A stretch of 64,000 nt of DNA from Oopsacas minuta (lineage: Eukaryota; Animalia; Porifera): contig JAKMXF010000295.1 of NCBI GenBank assembly GCA_024704765.1, positions 248,001 to 312,000 of the forward strand, in the 5' to 3' direction. The notes beneath the pieces were generated by a model. That model was not told the DNA's origin, ran no database searches, and saw only the letters and a program-made list of their open reading frames with translations. This document shows positions 1 through 11,652 of the stretch, piece after piece (within the stretch, counting starts at the first letter, position 1; each line of letters starts with the position of its first letter). The translations under genes were made by a program, and so were the position numbers.

Positions 1-37
1 CAATTTCTAGGGAGTGTGCCACTGTGACAGGTTTTGC

Positions 38-403
38 ACAATTGAGAATCTTCCCCCCCAACTTTTCTAATGTGACCAAAAATCTCTATATGCACCGTTC
101 AAGAACTCCAACATCGGATTAAATTTGACAAAGTTACGAAAATTTACTCCCTAAGCCACATCCTATGGGGAAAATTGTATTACTCACTACAGTCAAATTG
201 TACTGATTTATACATTACAATTACCAGAGGAATGCTCATACTGTTGATATTGCGGTTATATACGCTTGTTACTCTATTCTTTCATGTTCATTTGTTTGCT
301 ATTCAGTGTGTTCCACTGCAGGTAATTCTTGTTACTTTAAAGGAAAGCTGGTTATTACATAATTCTGTCTACAACACTAAATATACAATGCAACATTTCA
401 TTT
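38..403 (+). repeat. Left arm of a ~370-bp inverted repeat (partner 3192-3590)
   Basis: High similarity to the reverse complement of 3192-3590 across its length; the right arm has a ~30-bp extra segment near 3490-3520. ORFs 175..423 and 3191..3604 are two copies of the same text. No TSD seen. Confidence 0.9.
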
Positions 404-456
404 CATATTATGCTTGCAATTAAATTGCATCCTGTATATGAAGTCGTTCAAACGTA

Positions 457-682
457 CCATACTTGCCAACTGTTCCGTTGGTTGGCGGGACACCACGATT
501 ACTCGCCCCGAATATGTGTTGACTGCCAATGAGGCTAATGTCTAGCCAAAACTTGACAAAATCCTTAATTGTCCCTCTATTTTATAGTCCAGTCTAATTC
601 AAATATGCTGCATTCGACGATGTCCTGCTCAATTAGTCCCTTCTGTCCCACTTTTTATCTTCACTCATGTTGGCAAGTATGG
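457..682. mobile_element. Small MITE, probably hAT-type
   Basis: Perfect 14-bp TIR CCATACTTGCCAAC (457-470) / GTTGGCAAGTATGG (669-682); no TSD recovered. Confidence 0.55.
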
Positions 683-1289
683 GGTTGACACTTGCGCTGT
701 AATACCCCGATAATATTAGCCAGTGCAGAGCAAAAGTATCAAGTTTTGGACACCTAATATAATACGGGTGGTATTTCTTGCCTGAACCAAATGTGCGGGG
801 TCAAATGTCTATTATAGGTAAACTTGAGCAAGTGTAATCAGTTTATAACTGCAACACATTCTCATTATAACGAAGTGATCTGGACTGGTACGGAATCCGG
901 TTGCATTTCGTGATCTGCAGCATTAGGATATATGCGGAGTAAGATTAATACTTTCAAGCTGGAGGGGGTTTGTGAATCACTTTGTTATAGCGTGAGTTTA
1001 GCCATATAATTGATGTTAGCTTATAACGGAAGTTTACAGTACAGGGCCTTATGAGGTGGTGTAACAGGTTCAGTGGTCGCTCCGAACCAATAATTAGCAA
1101 TTTATATTAATGGTGAGATGTGATGAATGCTGCAACAGTAAGTTTGTGATCCCTGCGTCCCTACAATACCAGTATTATTAGACAGTCAACTTCGCTTAAT
1201 TAGGACAAATTCAGGTAATCGAGCGAAAATTAGTAACTCACTCAAGACGATTTTCTCTTGATTTAGGAATTGTAATAAGCTACGTACTA

Positions 1290-3177
1290 GGTACATCGCC
1301 TAATTTGGCATAATATGGCCAAATCAAATTCTATTAACAAGTTATCATTATCAACATTGATTAACAGAAGACAATATAACGATCCGAATGAGAAATTTAT
1401 TTGATTATGGGATTATTTGCATAAATTTTGTTTACAACCAACAATCACCTAAAATATAGTAAATATGCTCGAGATTAAACATGGGAAGTGTGGTAAAAAA
1501 TATGTGGTTTCAGATGCAATTTTCTATTGTATAGATTTGTTGATGTGTTCATAGTTATACCAGTATCAATTACATACAAAATTTAGTATTATTGGAATGC
1601 TGTTTGTCTGGTTACTGAATTGAACAACAAATAGTTTAGAAAAGTGGCAGCCAAACCACATGTAATTATTACCTATAATTAAAGAATACATTCCAAACGA
1701 TCCTACAATGCATTTCGATAAATCTTGAGTCAAGTATAAAAGGAATATCAGGGAAATATAACTAACAAATCCTAATTATTCGAGTTGTGATATTTCTATT
1801 ATAGAATCCTTAATGGCAGTTGCTCCATCGTTTCAACCTCTGCTGGTTCCTACAATATTTGCAGTTATTGAAGAAATGACTTAAACATCTTTTTCGTAAT
1901 GTCACTATTGATGAAGATACTTGTATAGCATGGCTCAAAAGTAACGGACTTTTAGCTACCGGGATGATGTGCAAATGCGGTAGAATTATGCGACCCGGAA
2001 CATTTTCAGGTATTGCAGATGGTAAGGGGTGGAGGTGCCCAGAAAAGTTATGCAAAAAATTCGCTTCGATGAAGATTGGTTCATTCTTTGAAGGTGCTCA
2101 TATACCATTAACTGAGTTGGTAGAATTTCTCTATTTCTGGGCCGATAATCTGCAAACTACTGCCTTTTACTCAAGAATCTGGGATGGGGAGAGCATACTC
2201 TAACAGACTGGAAGAACTTCCTCAGAGACCTATGTGTTGAGGAATTTTTAGCCAATCTTCAACCAATTGGAGGGCCTGGGCATATTGTAGAAATAGATGA
2301 ATCAAAGTTTGGACATCAAAAGTATTCAAGAGGTCGTATGCTATCAGGTCAATGGATATTTGGAGGAATAGATAGAGAGACAAAAGATATCTTTATGATA
2401 CCTGTTCAAGACAGGTCGGCTGCAACATTAGTCCCTCTCATCCAGAGATATTCTTCCGGGCACTACCATACTTTCTGACGAATGGGCTTCGTATAATTCT
2501 ATCCCCACTGCAGGATTTCAGCATCTCACCGTCAACCATAGTCTCAATTTTGTTGACCCTACTACAGGTGTACATACGCAAATAGTTGAGAGTACATGGG
2601 GTGGTGCGAAGAAACGGCGGAGGAATTACATGACTACTAACCCCATACTTTTAGAACTCACTTATCTGAAGTTTGTTGGCAGAAAAATATGGAGAAGCTA
2701 GTTTCTCCAACCTTATCATGGAAATAAGGAAACAATATCCAGTTGTCTAACTGTACCATACTTCTGCTTTGGTGTTTCTTTTGTAGCAGTACTTGTTATA
2801 TTGTAGATTTGTATTAAAGTAGAAGATAGAAAGCTTAATACTAATTAGTTACTCTAAATATAACTACTACCCATAGTTTTATATCCAGCCATGGGGTGTC
2901 ATATATTTAATATTCTGTTCACTATCATAAGTAGAAATCCATGAAAACTTTGTTCCAACATTACTAACGCACCTGGAGAGAAGCTGGATCAATAACTATG
3001 CGATTAAATAGTACATGAATTGGTTCTAACATTGATATGAATATAAACGTAAGATCAAAATTGGTTTGCCAAGGCCGAAGTAATGCCAATTAAACTATCA
3101 TTTTAGGAAACAGAATATACGCAAATACATGCGTCATATCGGGAATTCTATTAACTAGGTCGAATTATCGAGGTACC
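1290..3177 (+). mobile_element. Merlin (IS1595/ISXO2-like) DNA transposon, degenerate
   Basis: Imperfect GG-starting TIRs GGTACATCGCCTAATTTGGC vs reverse complement GGTACCTCGATAATTCGAC flank a Merlin transposase pseudogene; no clean TSD, so ends are tentative. Confidence 0.6.
1885..2750 (+). pseudogene. Merlin/ISXO2-like DDE transposase with about 3 frameshifts
   Basis: Stitched translation gives CKCG..WRC..C zinc motif, VEIDESKFG, GQWIFGGIDRET, ILSDEWASY, VNHSLNFVDP and HTQIVESTW, ending at TAA 2748-2750. Confidence 0.9.
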
Positions 3178-3191
3178 ACAGTATCAAATAC

Positions 3192-3590
3192 TAAATGCAA
3201 TGTTGGATTGTATATTTAGTGTTGCAGATAGAATTATGTAACAAGCAGCTTTCCTTCAAAGTAACAAGAATTACCTGCAATGGAATACACTGAATAGCAA
3301 ACAAATGAACATGAAAGAATAGAGTAACAAGCGTGTATAACCGCAATATCAACAGTATGAGCATTCCTCTGGTAATTATAATGTATAAATCAGTACAATT
3401 TGACTGTAGTGAGTAATACAATTTTCCCCATAGGATGTGGCTTAGGGAGTAAATTTTCGTAACTTTGTCAAATTTGATCCGATTGTGGAGTTCTTTAGCT
3501 CTACAAACTTCTCTCAACGAGTTCTTGACGGTGTACATAGGGATTTTTGGCCACATTAGAAAAGTTGGGGGTGTGAGATTCTGCAATTGT
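3192..3590 (-). repeat. Right arm of the ~370-bp inverted repeat (partner 38-403)
   Basis: Reverse complement of 38-403. Confidence 0.9.
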
Positions 3591-4089
3591 AGCCGAATTT
3601 TCATTTCTCCTCGTTTTGCTATTCGGATTATATAGAAATCGTTCGCTAGCTCGAATACCCGTTAATATATAGCATATCTATGTCACGGTCCAAATTGAGT
3701 ATCCGCAAATTGTGCAAGGTTATTCATGTATAATTTACAACTTATGATATTGTGGGTTGACTAAAATGCAAATATATTTATGTAATTACTATTGAACATA
3801 CACCAAAGTTACCTAAATGCTACCAGCTACTGGGGTGTTAGGTCTATAGTAACACTTGCGCTATCACGCGACAGTTACTGCGCTATTTTCAACTAGTTAC
3901 TATAAATATATCATTATTGTTTTTGCGTTTGTTTCATCTGGACAAAATCAATATACTTTTCCTTTCGTCAAATAAATTACCATATAAATTTGAAAGCAGA
4001 GCTCAACTAGTTCAATCAATTTATATTTGGTGAGAGATAGATGGGATTATAGCGAGCTACAAAGAGGATGATTGCAATACCAACGATCT

Positions 4090-5135
4090 TAATTGGGGCA
4101 GGACTAAGTTGCACTATTCTGTGGAGGAGTTGGAGGGTCTAAATGTCCTCTACGTGAAAGGGAGCGAAATCCTGGGTATTACACGGAGCTATAGCTAATG
4201 AAGACCTGTGGGATACGTTACTGGCCGCACACCACGAGCTCAGTCATCGAGGACGTGACAAGATATACGAGTATTACATGAGCCACAACTATCACATCCT
4301 TCGTGCAATAATTGTCCTTCGTACGCTTCTGCGCCATTTGTCAAGCCAAAAAAGGCAGGATATGTGTTTGCCGACGATCTTGATACTGATTGCTACAACT
4401 ATACTGTACCATTACTGATCGGAACACATTTACACCTTATATAACATTGCCTCCAGCCAGTTCGAGCCGATACCCTCTGAACAATCCCACTCACCTCTAC
4501 TACCGTCATCTCCTATTCCCTACGCATCTGATACCTACTTCACTGATCATCCTCTCTGCCCAGTCTGTGAGTTGCAGCCATTGTAAACTGGATCCATTTC
4601 ATGCTCACTACCTGGACCGACTAGACGTGTACTGTAAGACTCCAGTACAGTACTTCTGTGCGCGCGATGAGTGCTGTAGTAAAGCGAGAAATACTGAGAA
4701 GCTCCGTCAAGGAGGCTGGGGAGCACTCAGAAAGCAAGGAGTTGACATGATACAGTCTAGCAAGAAACGTATCAAGACTATAGAAAGGGGGATAATGTGA
4801 GGATACACATTCTGTACCGTGACAGGACTGGCATTGGTCCCACTAGTCTCATTGGTACCGTAATGGATGTGTAAGCCGATGGAGGGGCTTTCCAGATAGG
4901 GACTAAACATGGGACAATCTCCACAGCATTCACTTACACTGGCTTTACACCCTGCGGCACTGACAAGCTTCTCCACCCTGACGATATCCCTGAGAAAGAG
5001 CAGTCTTGGGGTTTGATGGTGCTAATACAATCTCTGGCCATATAAGTGGCGTTCAAAGGCGTTTACCTGCGCCTAGTTCAATTTATATCCACTACAAGTT
5101 CCATAAACTTCAACTTGTTGTTGTCAATGATTGCG
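4090..5135 (+). pseudogene. Ginger2/KRBA2-like integrase-type transposase relic lacking the catalytic core
   Basis: HHCC zinc domain EDLWDTLLAAHHELSHRGRDK...RFCAICQAKK (4200-4355); C-terminal RKQGVDMIQSSKK/GDNVRIHI...FQIGTKHG...DDIPEKE and a degraded Cys-rich tail; multiple stops and frameshifts. Confidence 0.65.
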
Positions 5136-5344
5136 CAGAATATGAACAAATAATGAGAGTTTAGGTACAATGTTAACAATCTGAAAGCTTTCCACTATTC
5201 TCCTCCTAAGAAAGCAGAAAAACTTTCAGATGAAAATGCTAATAAATGACCATAGTGTTATACAACATGAATAGGACTATGAGGTTCAAGTATAAATCTT
5301 GTGGAGTGTTAATTCACACACATTATTCCTAAAATAGTCATATA

Positions 5345-6656
5345 CAGGGTGGCTTTTAAGTTCTTCCCATGATTTATAAGAACCATTTTTCCATGCTGAG
5401 TCTTTGCTATTAGATATATCTTATTAGTTTACCTTATTCTACTGTATTTAACATAAATATACAGTTTCAGAGTACAATTGTAGAGAAATTTCAATTTTAT
5501 TAGTGATGGAACGTGAGAGGTCGGCAATTGTAGAATTATTTACAAAAGGACATCCTTCAAGGGAAATTTTGAAGATCCTTAAACTCCCTCTAAACAGAAG
5601 GAAATTTGTATACCGCACTATTAGGCGATACAAGGATACTGGAAAAGTTGAAGATAGGGCGAGATCAGGCCGTCCGTGCTCAGTAACCACCCCCAGCTTA
5701 GGGAAAGTCATCGCCCAGCGAATTCGCCGAAATCCTAGACGTTCCATAAGGAAAATGGCTCTAGATCTGAAAGTATCAAGATGTGCAATGACTAAAATTG
5801 TGAAAAGGGATTTAGGGATGAGTTCATTCAAGCGTAAGAAGGTACACTTCCTTTCTCAATTGGTAAAGGAAAAAAGGGTTGCAAGATGCAAAGGTGCGTT
5901 GGGCCGGTACGCTGTTGAAAATCTAGAAAAAATATTATTTTCAGATGAGAAAATATTCACTATCCAGGAGGCAACCAATGTACAAAATGATCGTATACTT
6001 GCATCATCTCCTTCCAAAGTCGACGAGAAGTTCAGATATGTTAGCCGAATACAGAACCCTAAGTCGGTGATGGTTTGGGCAGGGGTGTCAAAAATGGGCC
6101 GGACACCATTGGTTTTTGTACCACAAGGGGTAAAAATCAATTCAATTAATTATCGAGAAATGGTTTTGGAGCCAGTATTGAAGAATATAGGCCGAGACAT
6201 GTTCGGAGGTACTTCATTTGTTTTCCAGCAAGACGGGGCGCCAGCACACACTTCTAATGTTACCCAGTCATGGTTACATGACAATTTTCCTGGTTTTATA
6301 ACTAAGGAAGAATGGCCTTCTTACAGTCCTGACCTGAATCCCATGGATTATTCTGTGTGGTCAATTCTCGAGACGAAAGCTTGTGTTAACTCTCACACAA
6401 GTATCAAGTCACTGAAGAGGAAACTTTGCCAAGAGTGGAATAAAATTCCCCAAAAAACCCTCCGTGCTGCTATTGAGGCCTTGCCAGATCGAATTACACG
6501 TGTAATACAAAATGAGGGAGGCTATATTGAATAAAATTCGCGAAATATGTTTTGTCTCTGAATCATAAATTAGAGCAATAAATATCATTACCAAGCTATA
6601 TATATATATTGATAAATAATAGTTTTTGCATGGGACAGAACTTAAAAGCCACCTTG
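5345..6656 (+). mobile_element. Full-length maT (DD37D) Tc1/mariner element
   Basis: TIR CAGGGTGGCTTTTAAGTTCT..CCCATG at both ends (1 substitution plus 1 indel); TA flanks at 5343-44 and 6657-58; uninterrupted ORF inside. Confidence 0.95.
5506..6534 (+). CDS. DD37D (maT) transposase, intact, 342 aa
   Basis: HTH region with RSGRP, FSDEK (D1), QQDGAPAH (D2), SPDLNPMDY (D3); 37 residues counted between D2 and D3; no stops. Confidence 0.95.
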   Translation: MERERSAIVELFTKGHPSREILKILKLPLNRRKFVYRTIRRYKDTGKVEDRARSGRPCSVTTPSLGKVIAQRIRRNPRRSIRKMALDLKVSRCAMTKIVKRDLGMSSFKRKKVHFLSQLVKEKRVARCKGALGRYAVENLEKILFSDEKIFTIQEATNVQNDRILASSPSKVDEKFRYVSRIQNPKSVMVWAGVSKMGRTPLVFVPQGVKINSINYREMVLEPVLKNIGRDMFGGTSFVFQQDGAPAHTSNVTQSWLHDNFPGFITKEEWPSYSPDLNPMDYSVWSILETKACVNSHTSIKSLKRKLCQEWNKIPQKTLRAAIEALPDRITRVIQNEGGYIE

Positions 6657-8229
6657 TAGTAATTAGTGTTGGTTTTATTTATATAGTAACTTAATTGCAC
6701 AATATATCAGCACGAACTAAATATGAACATTCAGTGATATATAGTGTTCCCCATTATGAAAACTTCCCCCCCAAAAGTAAAATCCTAGATAGAACCCTGT
6801 AGAGGTAGGGGTTACAGCCTGTGTCTCATACCAATGTAAGACAACTGCCGGAAGACTTGCCGGTGCTAACTGAAGCAGTTTAAATGCAACTCGAGGTGTC
6901 ATAAGCACTTTACCGTATGCGAGAACAGATGGTGATGTAAAGACAGGGATTTTCAAAACCAACTGGTCACTTAACACTATAATCAACTGGTCAACTATCC
7001 TGTACAACTAATTCACTGAAAATAATAGAGTTGCTAGAAGTACATTTCCTACATTATCTCCTACTTTGTCATCATTTTTATAGTATATTGTGTATATATA
7101 TTTAGATATTAAGCATATTAAAACTATACATATACTTTTATCAAGTCAATTGAGGAATTTATTAGTATTATGAATATAGGTACAATATACATGATTAGAA
7201 TTTGATAATTGGTGTTTTTTAGCGACCATAAAACACATCTTTGAAATTATAGAAATATTGTTTTTAGTAAATTATAATACTTAATCTAAATTTTTGGATA
7301 AGAATAACCTTGCTCAATTTTGTGCGCCAAGTACTCAATTTGGTGTATACTCCATTTGGACGCTAACATCTATATTCTACTATAAAGTTATTGCCTCTGA
7401 ATAAGACTATACTAGTAGAGTATAACGTATGAATCACATTTTGATTTTAGGTAATAAGTAGATTTTTATTTGATATTTTTTATAATTGGTCATATTTTTA
7501 ATAGATTTTCCTATATTTTTCAAAACAGTCATTTTAGCTAGTTACTTTAAATTTATTAATGAATTCCATTACATAGACTAAATTCTCGTAACGTTGTAGT
7601 CCAACTTTGCTTTTGACTTCACCCACCTAGCGCATATATATATTGATTTACATTCTAGAAAAGTCCATGTACTTTGCCTCATACACAATTGCCCCTCAAA
7701 AATCATCGTACTTAATATTTCATGGGTATAGGTAATATTTGTATGTTTCCTGGTGAATTTACATGGATGTTGGTAGAATCATGTGTAAAATTTCAATAGT
7801 TGTCAGGTCAATTACTCCTAGATAGATATTTATCGCTTCTGATCCCAGTGGTCTGTTGTATGGAAGAACAACCACCATGACATAACAACTACCTTGCATA
7901 ACCATCACAATGGATATTTCTGCAATGACAGGACAACAACCTATGAAATTTCTACTACTTTCTTGATATTACTTGTCACCTTTTAGTTACTATTATACAG
8001 TTACAAAGCAATTTATCTTGTAATTTATTGCTCATTTCCTTCCAATCTAAGTATCATCTTGTTTTAGAAGTTTCTTAGTTATTCATTTGCAAATTATAAT
8101 TTAATTACCAGTATACACTAAACGAACTCGTAACTTTGTATTTAATTATTATAATTATAATTGTAATAATGATAACAATTATTCAATTCAACTAGTAGAA
8201 TATCTTCACTTAACTATTTGTAACATAGA

Positions 8230-8900
8230 ATGAAGGGTAGCGGCTGAATCAAATCGATGACAGGTTGATAGTGATTAGGGCGGTTGACCAGAAATATGGC
8301 TGGAGTGGAGTAACTATCCTGGCGAGAATGATACCAATACCAAGTCAATTGACGATCTTTTCTTTGGTAGAGATGTGCATATTTGAGATGAAAATATCTA
8401 CATCAAGTATACGAGATACAGCTATTATCTCAACATCTGAACCCCAAGTCATGTCGGCGTCCATCTGAGTATTTCTTAAATAATGAGCTGGTGAATTATA
8501 TGTAACTTGGTTTCTAGGTATCTCGATATATAGCCGGCGCCCTGTGCCACCATATAACTACAGATTTCAGCGCGTATCTTAGCATAATTAGCTTGCGTTT
8601 CTGTAAGTATTGCTGACAATGTCTGAAATACACAATTACCATCACCTACAATTGGTAACTCACCTAATGGCACGACGGTTGCTAACTCTTCGCCCAGATA
8701 AATTGTTGGTGGCATAGTGCGATCTCGAATGCTATATTTAGTTGTTTACACTTTGATTTTAACCATTCAGGTGTTGGTGGTGAATAATATGGTCCGTCTT
8801 TTGGGAAATTTGGAGGGTGAATTCTATAAGCAGGTTTGTGTGTTGTCATGTTTCCTGTTAAAATCTTGTCCTCCAGAAATTCTATCATCAAGAAATAAGT
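8230..8900 (-). pseudogene. OTU-family cysteine protease domain relic, transposon-associated
   Basis: IVGDGNCVFQTLSAILT (catalytic Cys), MTWGSDVEIIAVSRILDVDIF and LVNRPNHYQPV (His) in successive frames. Confidence 0.75.
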
Positions 8901-9205
8901 GTATTCTAATATTAAAAGTGCATCATGGTTGGGCTCCAGTTGTCTTGATAAAACTAATTTTCATATGAAATCATATAATACTATTCATTATAATCGTGAT
9001 ACGACACAATCGGTGATATCTTATCAGCTCTCTTGCGAATGATCTCTTCTGTTCCTTAGTAGATCATACAGGGTATGATTATGAATCTAGGTAATCTAAA
9101 GTTATTTCGTACTCGATAGAGCGCATACTGCTGTGTAGAAGAATGGTATTTTATGTTTTACTGTGTTTCTCTAGCTACTGAGAAAGCTTCAAAATTATCG
9201 CCCGG

Positions 9206-9843
9206 GGGCTTTATTCACTAAACTACTAAACTTAAGTATTGTTAAGACTAAGTAAAAACTAAATATTTACTTAGTTTTCCCTTACGGAACTAAGTATTTT
9301 TAAGTCTAGTCTGGTGACTTAACTTATCGTATTTTTATTATAAGAGTGTACTTGCCTATGATAGATGTTCTATCATATTTAAGATTCCTTCTTGTAATGT
9401 AATTCACTTTATTAAGCAAATTACACTGCTGAAGTGCGTAATGATTTTGCGCGCAAATTCCTGATTTACGTAATACATGATTTAATTAGTTTGCAATATA
9501 CAATTAAATCATTGTGGTATCAATGGCAGCACTGTAATTAGCATGGCAAAATTTATTTTAAGGAAGAGTATAAATAAATCTTTTTACAAAACTTATTAAC
9601 TAACAAATTCTGAACACGGGAACTCCTATCATTTATCACGACATAATTGGTACTACAAAGACTCGAGCAAAGAACTTTTAACTTATACTTAACCAATACT
9701 TAGTTTTTATATAGTTTTCTGTCAAAACTAAGTATATGTTGAGTATTGGTTAAGTATATGTGCACTGATGAAAACTTAGCAAAATCTAAATTTTACTTAG
9801 TTTCGAGTTAAGTTTAAGTTAAGTAGTTTAGTGAATAAGGCTC
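9206..9843. mobile_element. PIF/Harbinger-type MITE
   Basis: TIR GGGCTTTATTCACTAAACTACT / AGTAGTTTAGTGAATAAGGCTC; 3-bp flanks CGG/CTG; the first 15 bp match the right TIR of the Harbinger at 40203-42865 at 14/15. Confidence 0.8.
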
Positions 9844-10879
9844 CTGATCAATTCTGTAAGGAGGTTATTTCGTCAAAACATTGTACATATCAAAATTTGT
9901 TTTCACTTGACTGCTAAGTGTTATTCTCAAAAAATTATTGTTAAATGACTTATATATCCAGGTATGCATGTTGAGTCCTTTGGATTGCAGTAATTAGTTT
10001 ATGTTTTACACTTACAGTTCTATGTAGTATATGATTACACAGTCAATTGGATTGAGTGAGGGTGTCCCATCCATACAAGAGTATGCTATTCGTGTCTATC
10101 AAGTAATTTTCCCAAAACTTCTTCTCGCTTTATAAATTCGATATATCAAGACTCCATTAATAATAGTAAAATTATATAAAATACCACCTCAAATGGACTG
10201 CAATCTTTCGAAACATGCTGCAGGATGACTTTTATAAGCTGGTATCTTTTCTTGAACTGTTAGTAAGCTCTTTGTGTAGTTTGGAAATATATGTCTTGTG
10301 CTATATATGTGTTATTACCTCAGCCTAAAGTGTGTGTGTAAATCAAGATACCATATTAAATAATGTGAACTAGAAAATTTTATACCTTAACCGTAATGCA
10401 AATATTCATTTAAGAGTGATTTTAGTTATACAACATAAGTATATTTTGCCTCATCTTCGTAAATCTAAAAGTTACAAGATAATTAAAAAGGCTACATATC
10501 CTTTGAATTAAATCTTTGACCTTGCTTCCTAGCACCGACCGATTAGTGAATCGATTTATTGGTAAGCCATTAACTCACATATCGATCAATAACAAGTAAG
10601 TAATTTCTTAATTTAATACCATATCATTTTAATACCCCTCCACGTTTGTTTTCCATGTTTTTTGTCTTTTAGAGATTGTTTTTTTTATTTTCCTTTTTCC
10701 TTCTAGCGAGGGGTTCTACTTGAGATTACGATTTCGCAATATTATCTTCCTATGAATGTAATAAGTAAAGTACAAATCAATGCAAGTATAATTGTAAATG
10801 CGCCATTAGTCATGGTAAATTACCTACATTAATCACCAATAATGTCATGGCCAGATACATATACACAAGTACTACTTAA

Positions 10880-11450
10880 ATTGACTGCGATTGTATTGTT
10901 TGCTAAATGTGTGGGATATTTAATTGGTTTAGTGTTGATGATAGTAACTAAATGGCTATCTGTTACCTTGAACACTTCAAATGGTCCTTTATGCACTGGC
11001 TTTTCTTCGGTGCCAGGCTTTTTCCTTCTTTGCTTTTATCAAAACCAAGAAATAGGTCACTTTCTTAAACGATGTACTAGAGTAATAATATTTCATATAA
11101 TTTACAAGTAGTATTACATACGCAGGTAAATGAATATACGATTACTGACCCCTTTGTAGTAACCTTCGTGTACACGATTTCTTTTGATAACTCTGCTCGA
11201 TACTTATGTTGCACTCTGCATTATCTCATTGGACCTTTCTGAGATGTTCCAGATCTGATAGCCAGTCCTCATTAGCAGTAGTATCTTTATCCTCTTGTTC
11301 TTCTGGTGGTAAGTTCAAAAGACGAAGGAGAGGTAAGTGGTTAAATTCACGAGCGAACATAAGTTGGAATGCATTATAACGGGTAGATTTCTTTTTTCGC
11401 ATATTTGAAGATAAGCATGCAAGATGAAGTTTCCTTGGCCATTCTATGTC
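10880..11450 (-). pseudogene. Gypsy-like/Ginger1 integrase C-terminal fragment
   Basis: WPRKLHLACLSSNMRKKKSTRYNAFQLMFARE (end of integrase core), then NISIEQSYQKK and KGPFEVFKV (GPY/F module). Confidence 0.6.
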
Positions 11451-11652
11451 TTTGTCGAATATAAATTTAACAATTTTCCTATAAATAAATATTAAATAAT
11501 AATTAAGTTACTAGAGATAAATATATGAGGCATTGTTACCTTTAAATTATCTTTATATGCATTTCCACTACACATTAGCTTGTGGATGATATGTAGTTGT
11601 TGAGTGATCATCAATATTCAATTGCATGTGGAAATTTTTGAATTCCTATATA

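Noticed and set aside
175-423. ORF repeated at 3191..3604 as a possible duplicated small protein
   Set aside because: Both sit in inverted-repeat arms, have no motif and differ in length; best explained as chance ORFs in a repeat.
860-1280. WD40/PAN2-like similarity (EVIWTGTESG, LQYRAL.GGV)
   Set aside because: Too short and interrupted by stops to call by eye; kept only as a search suggestion.
4361-4381. YVFADDL, resembling a reverse-transcriptase YADD motif
   Set aside because: Isolated, with no other RT motifs; it lies at the end of an integrase HHCC relic and is likely coincidental.
5448-6140. Antisense or overlapping ORFs inside transposases (also 19284..19598, 25705..26016, 40774..41154, 50291..50650)
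   Set aside because: Shadow ORFs of transposase coding sequence with no independent motifs.
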